From Bdellovibrionales bacterium (GTDB lineage Bacteria; Bdellovibrionota; Bdellovibrionia; Bdellovibrionales; UBA1609), in assembly GCA_027317865.1 (NCBI GenBank), contig DAHVQG010000001.1, forward strand, positions 160,001 to 224,000: a DNA stretch of 64,000 nucleotides, written 5' to 3'. The translations under genes and the position numbers were made by a program. The notes beneath the pieces are model-generated. The model was not told the origin of the DNA. It worked only from the letters and a program-made list of their open reading frames with translations, and did not search any database. Positions 45,140 to 57,094 of the stretch are shown here, one piece after another (positions within the stretch are counted from its first letter, which is position 1; the number at the start of each line of letters is the position of its first letter).

Positions 45140-45490
45140 TCAACTGGCTTCTCTGTCGTGGCTCTTCTTTGACGATGCCGCTTTTAGTAAGGCGTCGGGA
45201 TTGGTCGCTGCCACTTGTAAAAGTCGACGGGCAGCTCCCGATGGCTTTTTCTGGCCTTGCTCCCACGATTGAATAACAGTGGGGCTAACACCCAAATAAG
45301 CCGCGAAAGCCCCCTGGCTCATATTTAGAACTTTAGTTCGGATGCGTTTGATTTCAGATTTTGACATCTGTGGTGGCAGATCTGGAATTTTAACAGTTGT
45401 CGTTTTCAAAGTGATTTTACCTTCAAGGTGATCAATGACATCTGACAAACCTTGAATCAGTTCGTCGCCTATATTTCGACTCTTTTTCAT
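45140..45490 (-). CDS. HigA-like XRE antitoxin
   Basis: IKRIR...MSQGAFAAYLGVS...SWEQGQKKPSGAA; downstream of a RelE-type toxin. Confidence 0.88.
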   Translation of the reverse strand: MKKSRNIGDELIQGLSDVIDHLEGKITLKTTTVKIPDLPPQMSKSEIKRIRTKVLNMSQGAFAAYLGVSPTVIQSWEQGQKKPSGAARRLLQVAATNPDALLKAASSKKSHDREAS

Positions 45491-45493
45491 GAT

Positions 45494-45823
45494 CTATTCT
45501 CCCTTTAGCTTTTGAGCTAAGATTCGAATTGTTCGTTTCTGTTCTTCGGTGATGTTATCCTTCACGCGTTTATCATAGATGGTCAGCAGCACAATTGTTC
45601 GCCACTCGACAAGGTCCAGATAAAGTACGCGATAGCCACCGCGTTTGCCGGAGCCGTCTTTTCCGACCCGTATCTTTCTGACTCCGCCGGCTCCAGGTAT
45701 CGCATCACCTTTTGTCGGATCTTTGAGGATTTCATCTTGAATTTTCTTAAGCAGTGAGCGGTCATCGATTTCTTCAATCAGCCGCGTAAATACGAGGGTT
45801 TCGATGAAAGCCTTAATCTCCAC
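45494..45823 (-). CDS. RelE/HigB-family toxin (HigB-2 like)
   Basis: FIET, GDAIPGAGGVRKIR, GKRGGYRVLY, LLTIYDK. Confidence 0.9.
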   Translation of the reverse strand: MEIKAFIETLVFTRLIEEIDDRSLLKKIQDEILKDPTKGDAIPGAGGVRKIRVGKDGSGKRGGYRVLYLDLVEWRTIVLLTIYDKRVKDNITEEQKRTIRILAQKLKGE

Positions 45824-45830
45824 ACCTAGT

Positions 45831-45858
45831 AATATATCACACTAAGTATTATAGTCAA
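45831..45858 (-). promoter_or_regulatory. higBA promoter
   Basis: Minus strand TTGACT-16 nt-TATATT with TG extension, 7 nt before GTG. Confidence 0.65.
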
Positions 45859-45901
45859 GAGTGATTGATTAGCGGTGAATATTTACGCTTTGACGTAAGC
45901 T

Positions 45902-45978
<77 letters not shown>

Positions 45979-46002
45979 TGAATTGTCTGGCACACGCAAA
46001 AT

Positions 46003-46033
46003 AGCCCAAGGCTCACTCATTGTGCCTTGGGCT
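46003..46033 (-). terminator. Hairpin terminator downstream of the LruC-domain gene
   Basis: AGCCCAAGGC/GCCTTGGGCT stem followed by ATTTT on the minus strand. Confidence 0.6.
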
Positions 46034-46069
46034 TGGTTTCGCTACTCGTGCGTCAGCATAAATCAGGTT

Positions 46070-48148
<2,079 letters not shown>

Positions 48149-48222
48149 ACGTGCCCCCTTTTTTGGCGCGCCGACATTTGCGAAATGTCGCCTCGCGCTT
48201 AATAAGTGCAAATAAATCGACT

Positions 48223-49512
48223 TTAGTGATTCCCGTCGTCACCGTGTAGATTATAGTCCGCGCAGTCTTGATCCCAGTTGTGATGCCCGTGGTCTTCGCA
48301 ACGGACGTGGTCACGACTTGTGTCACTGTCGTTTTCACGGCCGTCCTTAAACCAAGTGCCATACTCTTCAAACCAACCTAGGTGATCGTCGAACCAATCT
48401 CGGCAGTCGTGACCCCAGTCGTGGTGGTAGTCGCCGTTTGAGTCCGAATTATTGTGTTCAAGTGCCATTTCACTTGTTGCACCTTCTGAGAAATCGTTAT
48501 CCCAGTGGTAGTGATGTACGCATTCGCAGTAGGTACCGTTTGGGGGCGGAGTTGAACCGCTGCCGCTGCCTGAACCCGATGTTGAACCGGTGCCTGAACC
48601 TGAGGTTGAGCCAGTGCCGCTTCCCGAAGTTGAGCCGGTGCCTGAACCTGAAGTTGAACCGGTGCCTGAACCTGAAGTTGAACCGGTGCCTGAACCCGAT
48701 GTTGAACCGGTGCCTGAACCTGATGTTGAACCCGTGCCAGAGCCAGAGGTTGAACCGCTGCCAGAGCCAGAGGTTGAACCGCTGCCTGACGTCGAGGAGC
48801 TGCCTGTGATGCTTATTGTAGCTGTCACAGTGAATGACGGAGTGGTGCCATCAAATATATAGATAGCGGTGTTAACAGTGTACACGCCGGCGGTCGTAAA
48901 TGTGTGAGTGACCGAAGTGCCGCTGCCCGTTGAGTTGTCGCCAAAATTCCAATCGGTCGTCGTGATTTCGCCAGTCATACATGACGGTACATTCAACGTC
49001 ATGGTTACAGCCTGACCAACGGTTCCGACGCTGGGGACACTTGTGGAGAGGTCGGCAATGCAATTATAAGCTTCATTAAACGCAACGACGGTCACAGCCT
49101 GATTAAACGACATTTGGTTGCCGTTTGAATCTGTGGCCGTCACAGTGACGGTGTAGGTGCCGGTTGCGGAATAGGTGTGAGTGGCAATCGCTGTGTTAGC
49201 GGTTGTACCGTCGCCAAAGTTCCAGGTGGCGTTTGAGACAGTAACGGAACCTGAAGCGTTTAATGCAAACGTCGCAGGGACGGTCACCATCATATATTGT
49301 GGTATCGAAGGAGCAATCCCGTCGACGGACTGAAATCGTAGGTTTTGATCAATCGTCGTGAGGTTCGAGTTTGTGCTACCACTACTATTTTGGCATGCCA
49401 TCAGGGCCATAGACAGAAATCCAGCTATTACCAATGTCGCATATTTTGCAGCTGTTCTTCGAAAACCCCTTGATCCCATAAAATACCTCGCCTTTGGACT
49501 CACTTGTTCCAT
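48223..49512 (-). CDS. Lipoprotein: 2x PKD, Gly/Ser linker, His/Asp/Trp/Cys-rich domain
   Basis: Lipobox LMAC; WNFGDG and WNFGDN; clear paralog of the downstream gene. Confidence 0.85.
   Translation of the reverse strand: MEQVSPKARYFMGSRGFRRTAAKYATLVIAGFLSMALMACQNSSGSTNSNLTTIDQNLRFQSVDGIAPSIPQYMMVTVPATFALNASGSVTVSNATWNFGDGTTANTAIATHTYSATGTYTVTVTATDSNGNQMSFNQAVTVVAFNEAYNCIADLSTSVPSVGTVGQAVTMTLNVPSCMTGEITTTDWNFGDNSTGSGTSVTHTFTTAGVYTVNTAIYIFDGTTPSFTVTATISITGSSSTSGSGSTSGSGSGSTSGSGTGSTSGSGTGSTSGSGTGSTSGSGTGSTSGSGTGSTSGSGTGSTSGSGTGSTSGSGSGSGSTPPPNGTYCECVHHYHWDNDFSEGATSEMALEHNNSDSNGDYHHDWGHDCRDWFDDHLGWFEEYGTWFKDGRENDSDTSRDHVRCEDHGHHNWDQDCADYNLHGDDGNH
48550..48790 (-). repeat. Coding 24-bp tandem repeat (STSGSG[T/S]G, about 9 copies)
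   Basis: GTTGAACCGGTGCCTGAACCTGAN units. Confidence 0.85.
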
Positions 49513-49662
49513 GGTCTAATTGTGCAAGGTTTTTTTTAAATAATAAAAAAAATGTGAGTTTTGAATCATAGTGAAATGCCTCACTGGCAAGGCATTTGAC
49601 AGAAAATGTGACATTCAAAAAATGTTTAATTTTTTGACCAAATTTTAGTCAGTTGAGTGACA

Positions 49663-50667
49663 TTATCGAAAATGATTTAGGATATGCTCAAACGCCTGGC
49701 TTGAAGGTGCTAATTGTTCGCGGTTTAAATCACGTAGCGGTGTTTTTGGCAGCTTCAGGATCTCCGTCAGCGGCTCGCTACGAGGTGAGCAGTAAAGAAG
49801 ACCTGTTAATATTTGCCCTTGCTCGCGAGCGTCGGCGAGCGCATTGAGTGCCGATCTTCTGCTTTGAATATCGAGCTCATTAGGGAGCGGCTTCCTTAGC
49901 CGAATACGGGCGCCGTCGCTGAGTGAAATTTCGATTGATTCGCCCTCTTCGTAGTCGGCCGTTATTGGTGAGTGTTCTAAAATGAGACCAAATTCTTGAA
50001 GGCGGACGTTGTGCTCTTTCACGTAATCGTAACTCTTCGTCGAACCGTCGTGATTCGCGTAAGTAATGCACGGGGAGACAACATCAATGACGGCAGTGCC
50101 GGGATGAAAAATTGCCGCTTTAATGAGTGGCACCAGTTGCTTGCCATCACCCGAAAACGAACGTGCGACGAATTCGCAACCGGTATCAATGGCGAGCTGG
50201 CAGACATCTAAGTTTTGAAATTGATTTTGTTTATTTGCTCTTTTAAACAGCACGTCTTTATCAGCCGTCGCCGAAAATTGCCCTTTGGTCAAACCGTACA
50301 CGCCGTTGTTTTCGACAATATAAATCATCGGTAGGTTGCGGCGGATGAGATGAATAAATCCACTCAGGCCGATACTGGCCGTATCGCCGTCGCCCGAGAT
50401 TCCAATCATCAGCAAATTACGATTCGCCAATTTCGCGCCCGTCGCGATAGATGCCATTCGCCCGTGAATAGAATTAAACCCGTGCGCGGTATTCATAAAA
50501 TAGGCCGTGGTTTTCGACGAGCAACCGATCCCCGAGATTTTGGCAACCGTGGAGGGATCAACTCCTGCTTCAAAGAACGCTTTGGTTATATGTTGAGTAA
50601 CGCTGTCGTGACCGCATCCGGTGCACAAAGTCGACGGCCCGCCTTTGTAATCATTTATCGACTTCAT
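49663..50667 (-). CDS. korB: 2-oxoacid:ferredoxin oxidoreductase beta subunit
   Basis: LCTGCGH, SGIGCSSK, HGR, TPP motif GDGD..., NGVYGLTKGQFS. Confidence 0.92.
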   Translation of the reverse strand: MKSINDYKGGPSTLCTGCGHDSVTQHITKAFFEAGVDPSTVAKISGIGCSSKTTAYFMNTAHGFNSIHGRMASIATGAKLANRNLLMIGISGDGDTASIGLSGFIHLIRRNLPMIYIVENNGVYGLTKGQFSATADKDVLFKRANKQNQFQNLDVCQLAIDTGCEFVARSFSGDGKQLVPLIKAAIFHPGTAVIDVVSPCITYANHDGSTKSYDYVKEHNVRLQEFGLILEHSPITADYEEGESIEISLSDGARIRLRKPLPNELDIQSRRSALNALADAREQGQILTGLLYCSPRSEPLTEILKLPKTPLRDLNREQLAPSSQAFEHILNHFR

Positions 50668-52532
50668 CTTGAAACCTCTGTGCGATCAGGCGGGGTCAAA
50701 TCTATAATTTGCGAAAGAAAAATTTCGGCGGCTGCGGGCAGCCCGTCATATTGACGGGCGCTGAACATTTTCTGCGCGTACTGTGGGAACTTTTGGCGCA
50801 AAAGGTGAAACATCTGGCCGTCGCGATTTTGTTCGAGAACGACAACTTTTTTGCATTGATCTAAAAAAGCGCCAATTTCGGGATGTAGCGGTAGAGCACG
50901 GATCCGCAACCAACACGTTTTTGTTTCGTGTCGAGAAAGTTCGTCTTGAAGTTCCGAAATAATTTGTGTTGTGCTACCAAAAAACACAAGACCGATATCC
51001 GCTGAATGTGCCGTGCCGTGGAGTTCCGGTTCTGGCAAAAGTTTTTGATTTTGTTCAATTTTCTTTTTCAATCGATCAAGAAGGCGCGCGTAAACTTCGC
51101 CATTTTCTGAATATGAGGCGTTATCAGTGTGACCTGAGCCACGCGTAAAGTAAGCCGCCCGAGGATGTTGTGTTCCGGGTAACGTCCGGTAAGTGATCCC
51201 ATCGTTATCAACGTCTCGATAACGCGCAAACTCTTCGACTTTTTCAAGATCAGTCACAGAAAGAACTTTGCCCCGGCGGTATTCGCGTGTTGGCAATTGA
51301 AATTCATTTTCGGTGTAATAATTCATAGCCAAATCAAGATCGCTGAGAACAATAACAATTGTTTGAAGTTCTTCAGCCAAATCAAACGCGAGTTCGGCAA
51401 ACTCAAAACACTCGCCCGGTGTCGCGGGAACTAAAACCACCGGCTGTGTGTCGCCGTGCGAGAGCGTAAAGGCGGATTGGATGTCGCCTTGCGAAGTTCG
51501 AGTTGGTAAACCGGTTGACGGCCCGGCTCTTTGCACATCCCAAATGACGGCGGGAATTTCAGCAAAATAACTCAAGCCAGCAGCTTCAGACATAAGTGAA
51601 AGTCCGGGGCCGCTTGTCGCCGTCATCGCGCGCGAACCCGCCCAACCGGCGCCTATGACTGTGGTAATGGCACTCAGCTCATCTTCTGACTGTAGTACTG
51701 CGGCTTTATTTTGTTCGCCATGCACCTGCTCAGAAAATTCCGAAAAAGATTCGGCAAGTGAAGTGGCGGGGGTAATCGGGTACCAGGCGAAAACCGTACA
51801 TCCGCCAACGAGCGCACCCAATGCCGCAGCACTGTTGCCGTCTATAAATATTGGCTTCTGATTGCGTTTCACCGCCTCGCCAAGCTTAATTGCCTTGAGA
51901 TTATAAGGCGCGTGTTCGTAGTTGAAATTTTCAGCTTCTTTTAATGTGGCGACCTCGCGACCAATCGTGATCACGCGGTTATTGATGTCGATAACTGATT
52001 CTTTGCCGTAAAACTGATCTGCGACTACGGATTGAACTGTTGTGTCGTCAATGTTGAGAAGTTCCGATAAAAAACCGACGTAAACCATGTTACTCAGAAC
52101 TTTTCGCATAGAAATAGCGGGCGCCGCTTTATCGACGATCTCACGAAAAGACACAGGCCATGCGGGCACAAGGTTTTGATTGCGCCTTTTGAGATTCCAT
52201 TCGTCGAGCGCTTGCGAGGCCTCGATTGAAAGCTTCATTTCGCGGTCGAAGATGAAAATTCCTGTTGGCGCGACGGAGCGTAAATCATCGGCAACGGTTT
52301 GCGGATTTTTGGCGATGACGATGTCATTGTGGAGGCGCCGGCCGAGGAACCCATTCGAGTTGACACGAATTGAAAACCACGTCGGCAGTCCGGCGATGTT
52401 CGACGGGAAAACATTTTTAGTCGCTACAGGCAGACCCATACGAAACAAACTTTTGGCCAAAATCATATTGGCCGATTGGCTGCCACTGCCGTTAACTGTG
52501 GCAATCAGTATTGAAATATCAGTTGGCTTCAT
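50664..52532 (-). CDS. korA: 2-oxoacid:ferredoxin oxidoreductase alpha subunit
   Basis: NGSGSQSAN, YPITP, EDEL, TATSGPG, QRAGPSTGLPT; start may be 52556. Confidence 0.92.
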   Translation of the reverse strand: MKPTDISILIATVNGSGSQSANMILAKSLFRMGLPVATKNVFPSNIAGLPTWFSIRVNSNGFLGRRLHNDIVIAKNPQTVADDLRSVAPTGIFIFDREMKLSIEASQALDEWNLKRRNQNLVPAWPVSFREIVDKAAPAISMRKVLSNMVYVGFLSELLNIDDTTVQSVVADQFYGKESVIDINNRVITIGREVATLKEAENFNYEHAPYNLKAIKLGEAVKRNQKPIFIDGNSAAALGALVGGCTVFAWYPITPATSLAESFSEFSEQVHGEQNKAAVLQSEDELSAITTVIGAGWAGSRAMTATSGPGLSLMSEAAGLSYFAEIPAVIWDVQRAGPSTGLPTRTSQGDIQSAFTLSHGDTQPVVLVPATPGECFEFAELAFDLAEELQTIVIVLSDLDLAMNYYTENEFQLPTREYRRGKVLSVTDLEKVEEFARYRDVDNDGITYRTLPGTQHPRAAYFTRGSGHTDNASYSENGEVYARLLDRLKKKIEQNQKLLPEPELHGTAHSADIGLVFFGSTTQIISELQDELSRHETKTCWLRIRALPLHPEIGAFLDQCKKVVVLEQNRDGQMFHLLRQKFPQYAQKMFSARQYDGLPAAAEIFLSQIIDLTPPDRTEVSR

Positions 52533-53316
52533 TTTCGCCGGTGAGCTCATCGTCATTCTCTATGTTTGAATCCGCCGAGACATCACAAGTTTCGGTCTCT
52601 GGCGGGTACGCATTGGGGTTAATCGTTGTTACCCATTCTCGATAACGTTCGTTAATCTTGCGGGCTTCGCTTGGCATCAAGACCGGTCCTAAATGAATAG
52701 TCAAAAATCCGGGTTTTGGCAACATCGCCCCTTTCGGGAAAAGTTCGCGGTTACCTTCGATGTAGACAAACAAAATAGGCGTGTTCGTTCGTTCAGAAAA
52801 AATTGTAACTCCACGTTTAAATTCGCGCACATAACCGTCGGGCGAACGCGTGCCTTCAGGGAATATGATGAGCCAAATCCGCTCAAGCCGCGTCAGTAAC
52901 GTCGTGCAGAGCTTGATGGCTTCGCCTCTTTTATCTTTGCGATCAATCGGGATCGCTCCGAGACAGTGTTTCGAAAAAAAGGTGAAAAGCGGATTCTTAA
53001 ACCAATAATCCTTCGCTGCCGAAATGTACAAGTCGTTCCAATACCAAAACGGTACTGAAGCGGTAATCGATACGGCATCGAGGTGACTTGCGTGATTCGA
53101 AATAATCAAAAGACGCGGATACTTTTTATAAATCTCAGAGTAGTCGCCACGAACGCGTAAGAATATATAAAAGCGAAAAGCGATCTTTAAAAAAACACCC
53201 CATAACGCGCGAAAAAACCAACTCATTAGATCGATTTGCCGCGTGAATAGGGGCAAATGTTTCAGATGTCCGGGGAGTTGGGTCCATTGTTCGTTTTCAT
53301 AACTCCAATTTTTCAA
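52519..53316 (-). CDS. Lysophospholipid acyltransferase (PlsC family)
   Basis: NHASHLD, FPEGTRS. Confidence 0.9.
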   Translation of the reverse strand: MKNWSYENEQWTQLPGHLKHLPLFTRQIDLMSWFFRALWGVFLKIAFRFYIFLRVRGDYSEIYKKYPRLLIISNHASHLDAVSITASVPFWYWNDLYISAAKDYWFKNPLFTFFSKHCLGAIPIDRKDKRGEAIKLCTTLLTRLERIWLIIFPEGTRSPDGYVREFKRGVTIFSERTNTPILFVYIEGNRELFPKGAMLPKPGFLTIHLGPVLMPSEARKINERYREWVTTINPNAYPPETETCDVSADSNIENDDELTGENEAN

Positions 53317-53342
53317 TTCGTTTGCTCCTGAAAATAGCTCAT

Positions 53343-54287
53343 CTATTTCACGGCTAAAACGGCGTTCAAGAGCAAATAGCCGAAGTAAAATACGGGAGCG
53401 GCAAAAATCACTTTATCGAGTTGGGAGAGAATATCGTCGCGGCCGATAATAAAAATTCCGGATTCTTTAATTCCCAAGTCACGGCGTATAGTGCTTAACA
53501 ATAAGCCGCCGATGCGGCCGACGATCGCCACGCTTAAACCGCTCAATAGCCAGTACGGTTGGCTGTGATCGGGCAGCATAAAGCGCAGTACCCAGGCCAG
53601 CAAAACCGTAAGCACCATCGAGATGAAAAAGCCCTCCAAAGAAAATCGCGTTGAAATCGAATGAAGCGGCCGGTGTTTGCCAAACGCGCGCGTAATTGTG
53701 TAGTTACAGCTCTCGCAAAACTCAAATAGTATCGCCAAATGTAATACAATGAGCGGGCCGCCAGGCCACAATACGATACGAGCCAGATGCATAAAACCCC
53801 ACCCCATAAAAATAAAATTCATAAGAGCCAGGGCCAAATATTGAATCATGTGCGCCGATGTATTTGAAAAAATCGGGATAAGCGCAATGCAAACAAAAAA
53901 CGCCATCGGCATCAAATTGTAAAATTGAACGTGACCGCGATAGATGAGATAGGCTTGCAATGCAATGAAAAAATAAGTGAGCCAGACAAACGAATTTCTA
54001 TGGTACATGCCGGTCATTTGATAAAAGGTTTTGGAGCCTGAAATCGCGGCAAAAACGATGAATACTAGCGGCCACGGTGCCGGCAGTGCCGCAAAGAAGA
54101 AAATAACGGGGGCGGTGATAACCCAGCTTTTAATGGCCGCCCAAACGCCGATCCATTTGGGGTTTTTCGATTGCATGTAATAGACGATCGCGCCGGCGAC
54201 CACAAAAAACGCCACGACGATTGTGACTGTACTGACGTACGTTCGATTGTGCCATAACCCCAAACTATTCACGTGTTCGACCGCCAA
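53343..54287 (-). CDS. Phosphatidate cytidylyltransferase (CdsA)-like membrane protein with degenerate motifs
   Basis: Multiple TM segments, FGKH...IS..FSLEG, RRDLGIKE. Confidence 0.7.
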   Translation of the reverse strand: MAVEHVNSLGLWHNRTYVSTVTIVVAFFVVAGAIVYYMQSKNPKWIGVWAAIKSWVITAPVIFFFAALPAPWPLVFIVFAAISGSKTFYQMTGMYHRNSFVWLTYFFIALQAYLIYRGHVQFYNLMPMAFFVCIALIPIFSNTSAHMIQYLALALMNFIFMGWGFMHLARIVLWPGGPLIVLHLAILFEFCESCNYTITRAFGKHRPLHSISTRFSLEGFFISMVLTVLLAWVLRFMLPDHSQPYWLLSGLSVAIVGRIGGLLLSTIRRDLGIKESGIFIIGRDDILSQLDKVIFAAPVFYFGYLLLNAVLAVK

Positions 54288-55609
54288 TCAATTTTAAAGT
54301 CTTTAATCTTTTTATAGAGGCTTGAGCGCGAAATTCGTAGATTTCGCGAGACCTCGTCTACGTCATTATATTTTTTCAGTGCCTGAAAGATCACGTTTGT
54401 TTCAAAATCGACAAGCATTTTTTCGAGACCCATAGAAAAATCAAATTCAGGTTTGGCATCGCTCACAAATTTTGGTTGTACGATTTTGACGACATCTTCG
54501 CTGCGAATAACCGGCAAAGGCGAAGTCAGTGCCAGCTGTTCACACACCCGCTTAAGTTCCCGAACGTTGCCCGGCCAAGCGTAATTAATCATCGCGCGAA
54601 GCGCATCATCGGATAATTCTTTCTTGTGAAAACGTTCAAGCGACAAAAACCACTTTGTGAGGTCGGCGACATCATCTTTTCTTTCTCTCAATGGTGGCAA
54701 CAATATTTTTTTACTGCTTAAGCGCCAGAGCAAGTCCTCGCGGAATAATTTTTCTTGCGCCATTTTCTCAAGATTTCGGTTGGTGGCGACAATCACGCGT
54801 GTCGACGTGCGAATGACTTCTTTGCCGCCGATGCGGCGAACCTCACCGGACTCCAGAAATCGTAAGAGTTTCACTTGCAACGGGAGCGACAGGGATTCAA
54901 TTTCATCCAAAAACAGATCACCATTGTGGGCGGCTTCAGCTAATCCAATTTTATTTTGATCGGCGCCGGTAAAAGCTCCGCGCACGTGGCCGAATAGCTC
55001 GGATTCGAATAAATTTTCAGGGATCGCCGACACGTTCACCGCGATAAAAGGCCGCCCCGGTTCGTTGTTGTGAATCAACTGAGCCGCGACCTCTTTGCCT
55101 GTCCCCGATTCGCCCTCAAGTAAAATGGGCCCTGGTTCACCGCGCAATAGCGCAATTTGGCGTTTCACGTCTTGAGAAGCTTGAGAATTGCCGACCCAAA
55201 CCGGTCTTTTATCGGGATGGTTAAAAGTGGCGGCTTGCATAAGCAGAAGGGCTTCAATTTTATCAAGGATGAGTAAGACCTCTTCAATGTTGAGAGGTTT
55301 GGCGATGTAACGTGAAGCGCCGGCGCGGATGCAATCCTCCATCAGGTCACGGTCAAGGTCACCGGACATCGCGATAATTTCTAAATACGGCATTCGCTCT
55401 TTGAGCATTCGAATAGCGTCCAAACCTTCGGCTCGGGATGTGTTGCCGGTCAAATGCATGTCCACCATCGCCGCGGAAAACGCGCCATTTTGCGGGACAG
55501 ACGCCGCGTTATTAAACGCGGCTAAGCGCCAGTGGGTTGGCAATCCAATCCGAAGTGTTTGCAAAATCAAATCGTCGTCATCGATCGCTAACAATGTGAA
55601 AGAATTCAT
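54269..55609 (-). CDS. Sigma54-dependent response regulator
   Basis: REC domain (DDDD, VDMHL), GESGTGKE, GAFTGA, WPGNVREL, HTH. Confidence 0.92.
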   Translation of the reverse strand: MNSFTLLAIDDDDLILQTLRIGLPTHWRLAAFNNAASVPQNGAFSAAMVDMHLTGNTSRAEGLDAIRMLKERMPYLEIIAMSGDLDRDLMEDCIRAGASRYIAKPLNIEEVLLILDKIEALLLMQAATFNHPDKRPVWVGNSQASQDVKRQIALLRGEPGPILLEGESGTGKEVAAQLIHNNEPGRPFIAVNVSAIPENLFESELFGHVRGAFTGADQNKIGLAEAAHNGDLFLDEIESLSLPLQVKLLRFLESGEVRRIGGKEVIRTSTRVIVATNRNLEKMAQEKLFREDLLWRLSSKKILLPPLRERKDDVADLTKWFLSLERFHKKELSDDALRAMINYAWPGNVRELKRVCEQLALTSPLPVIRSEDVVKIVQPKFVSDAKPEFDFSMGLEKMLVDFETNVIFQALKKYNDVDEVSRNLRISRSSLYKKIKDFKIDWRSNT

Positions 55610-55679
55610 GTTAGATTGTTTAAACCATGCCCAATACAAACGCAAACCGAAGCTTTCGCGTGAAGGGAATAAACAGAAC

Positions 55680-56900
55680 ATGCGCAAACGAATTTTACTG
55701 TTAGAGGGGATTCACCCTGGGGCCAAAACCCGCCTAGAAGCCGCTGGATTTTCAGTTGAAACTGAAAAAGGTGGTTTTGAGGGCGAGAAATTGATCGCTC
55801 GCGCAAATGGCTTTCAGGCCATCGGGATTCGATCGAAAACGAAGCTTACAGTTGAAGTGCTAAATAAACTCCCTGAACTTGAAGTAATCGGCTGTTTTTG
55901 TATCGGTACGGACCAGGTCGCGCTTGATCACGCCAACGAAATTGGTCTACCGGTTTTCAATGCGCCTTACAGTAATACGCGCAGCGTGGCCGAACTCATG
56001 ATGTCCGAGATGGTCGCTTTGTCTCGTCAACTCGCCGATCGCACAATGCAAATGCATAAGGGAGTGTGGCGTAAATCCGCCGTTGGTTCGAACGAAATTC
56101 GCGGTAAAACTGTCGGGATAGTAGGCTATGGTCATATCGGTACGCAGGTGAGTGTGTTGGCTGAAGCCTTCGGTCTTCATGTCCTTTATTATGATATCGT
56201 TAAAAAATTACCAATGGGCAATGCGCGCCCATGTGAATCGCTCCACGAACTTCTCGGCCGATCCGACTTTGTAACATTGCATGTGCCGGATACACCGTTG
56301 ACACGCGGGATGATGGGCGAAGCGGAATTGCGCGCGATGAAAAAAGGTGCCTATTTGTTAAATGCCAGTCGAGGTAAAGTCGTCGATATTCCAAAACTTG
56401 CCGAATTGTTAAAATCGCATCACATTGCGGGGGCGGCGCTTGATGTATTTCCGGCTGAACCGGCATCAAACGATCAGCCATTTGTCTCAGAGGTACAAGA
56501 GTTAGAAAATGTGATACTCACGCCTCACGTCGGTGGGAGCACCGAAGAAGCGCAAGAAGCGATCGGGCAAGAAGTGTCAGAAAGTTTCGTACGTTTTTTC
56601 AATTCAGGCGCAACGACTGGTGTTGTGAATTTTCCGCGTTTGGATGTTGCCGACCCGCGCGAGTTCCCTCGAATAGTGAACATTCATAAAAACGTTCCTG
56701 GAGTTTTAAGTGCTGTAAACAGTATTGTCTCTGAAGTTGGGGCAAATATTGTGGCACAAAATTTGGCAACCGATTCGAGGTTAGGCTATCTGATTATGGA
56801 TCTCGGAGTGGCCGATAAAGCGGCTCTCAATGCGGTCGCCGATAAAATCGGTAAACTAAAAACGTCAATTCGCACGTGGGTGCTCAACCAGTCTGTCTAA
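55680..56900 (+). CDS. serA: D-3-phosphoglycerate dehydrogenase (E. coli type with ACT domain)
   Basis: GCFCIGTDQV, NAPYSNTRSVAE, GYGHIG, TPHVGGSTEEAQ, HKNVPGVL. Confidence 0.96.
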   Translation: MRKRILLLEGIHPGAKTRLEAAGFSVETEKGGFEGEKLIARANGFQAIGIRSKTKLTVEVLNKLPELEVIGCFCIGTDQVALDHANEIGLPVFNAPYSNTRSVAELMMSEMVALSRQLADRTMQMHKGVWRKSAVGSNEIRGKTVGIVGYGHIGTQVSVLAEAFGLHVLYYDIVKKLPMGNARPCESLHELLGRSDFVTLHVPDTPLTRGMMGEAELRAMKKGAYLLNASRGKVVDIPKLAELLKSHHIAGAALDVFPAEPASNDQPFVSEVQELENVILTPHVGGSTEEAQEAIGQEVSESFVRFFNSGATTGVVNFPRLDVADPREFPRIVNIHKNVPGVLSAVNSIVSEVGANIVAQNLATDSRLGYLIMDLGVADKAALNAVADKIGKLKTSIRTWVLNQSV

Positions 56901-56993
56901 ACTATAAACACTGAAAACGACAAATTTTGTCGCGGGTGCACCGGATACGATGCCCCAGGTGCGGTTAATTCGGTTAAGAGGCGCATATTGCAC

Positions 56994-57009
56994 TGGCCTG
57001 TGGCTTGCA
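56994..57009 (+). promoter_or_regulatory. Sigma54 (-24/-12) promoter candidate
   Basis: TGGC-CTGTGGC-TTGCA with exact GG-N10-GC spacing, about 85 nt upstream of the 57095 ORF. Confidence 0.55.
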
Positions 57010-57094
57010 CCGTTCGCGCATGAGTGAAGTGAGTCGCCAAGCGGGAGCGGTCCTGTTGGGACTTGCCAGAATTAACGGTTAAAGGGAGTTATAT

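Noticed and set aside
48550-48790. Regular repeats as a possible CRISPR array
   Set aside because: The units are contiguous with no unique spacers, lie in frame inside a lipoprotein linker, and no cas genes are present
55329-55687. Long N-terminal extensions making serA and the sigma54 regulator overlap
   Set aside because: ORF-caller over-extension; homology starts at 55680 (+) and 55609 (-), leaving a 70-nt divergent gap
56901-57094. Possible riboswitch upstream of the secreted protein
   Set aside because: I could not find the conserved core of c-di-GMP, glycine, SAM, TPP or cobalamin riboswitches; an Rfam scan would settle it
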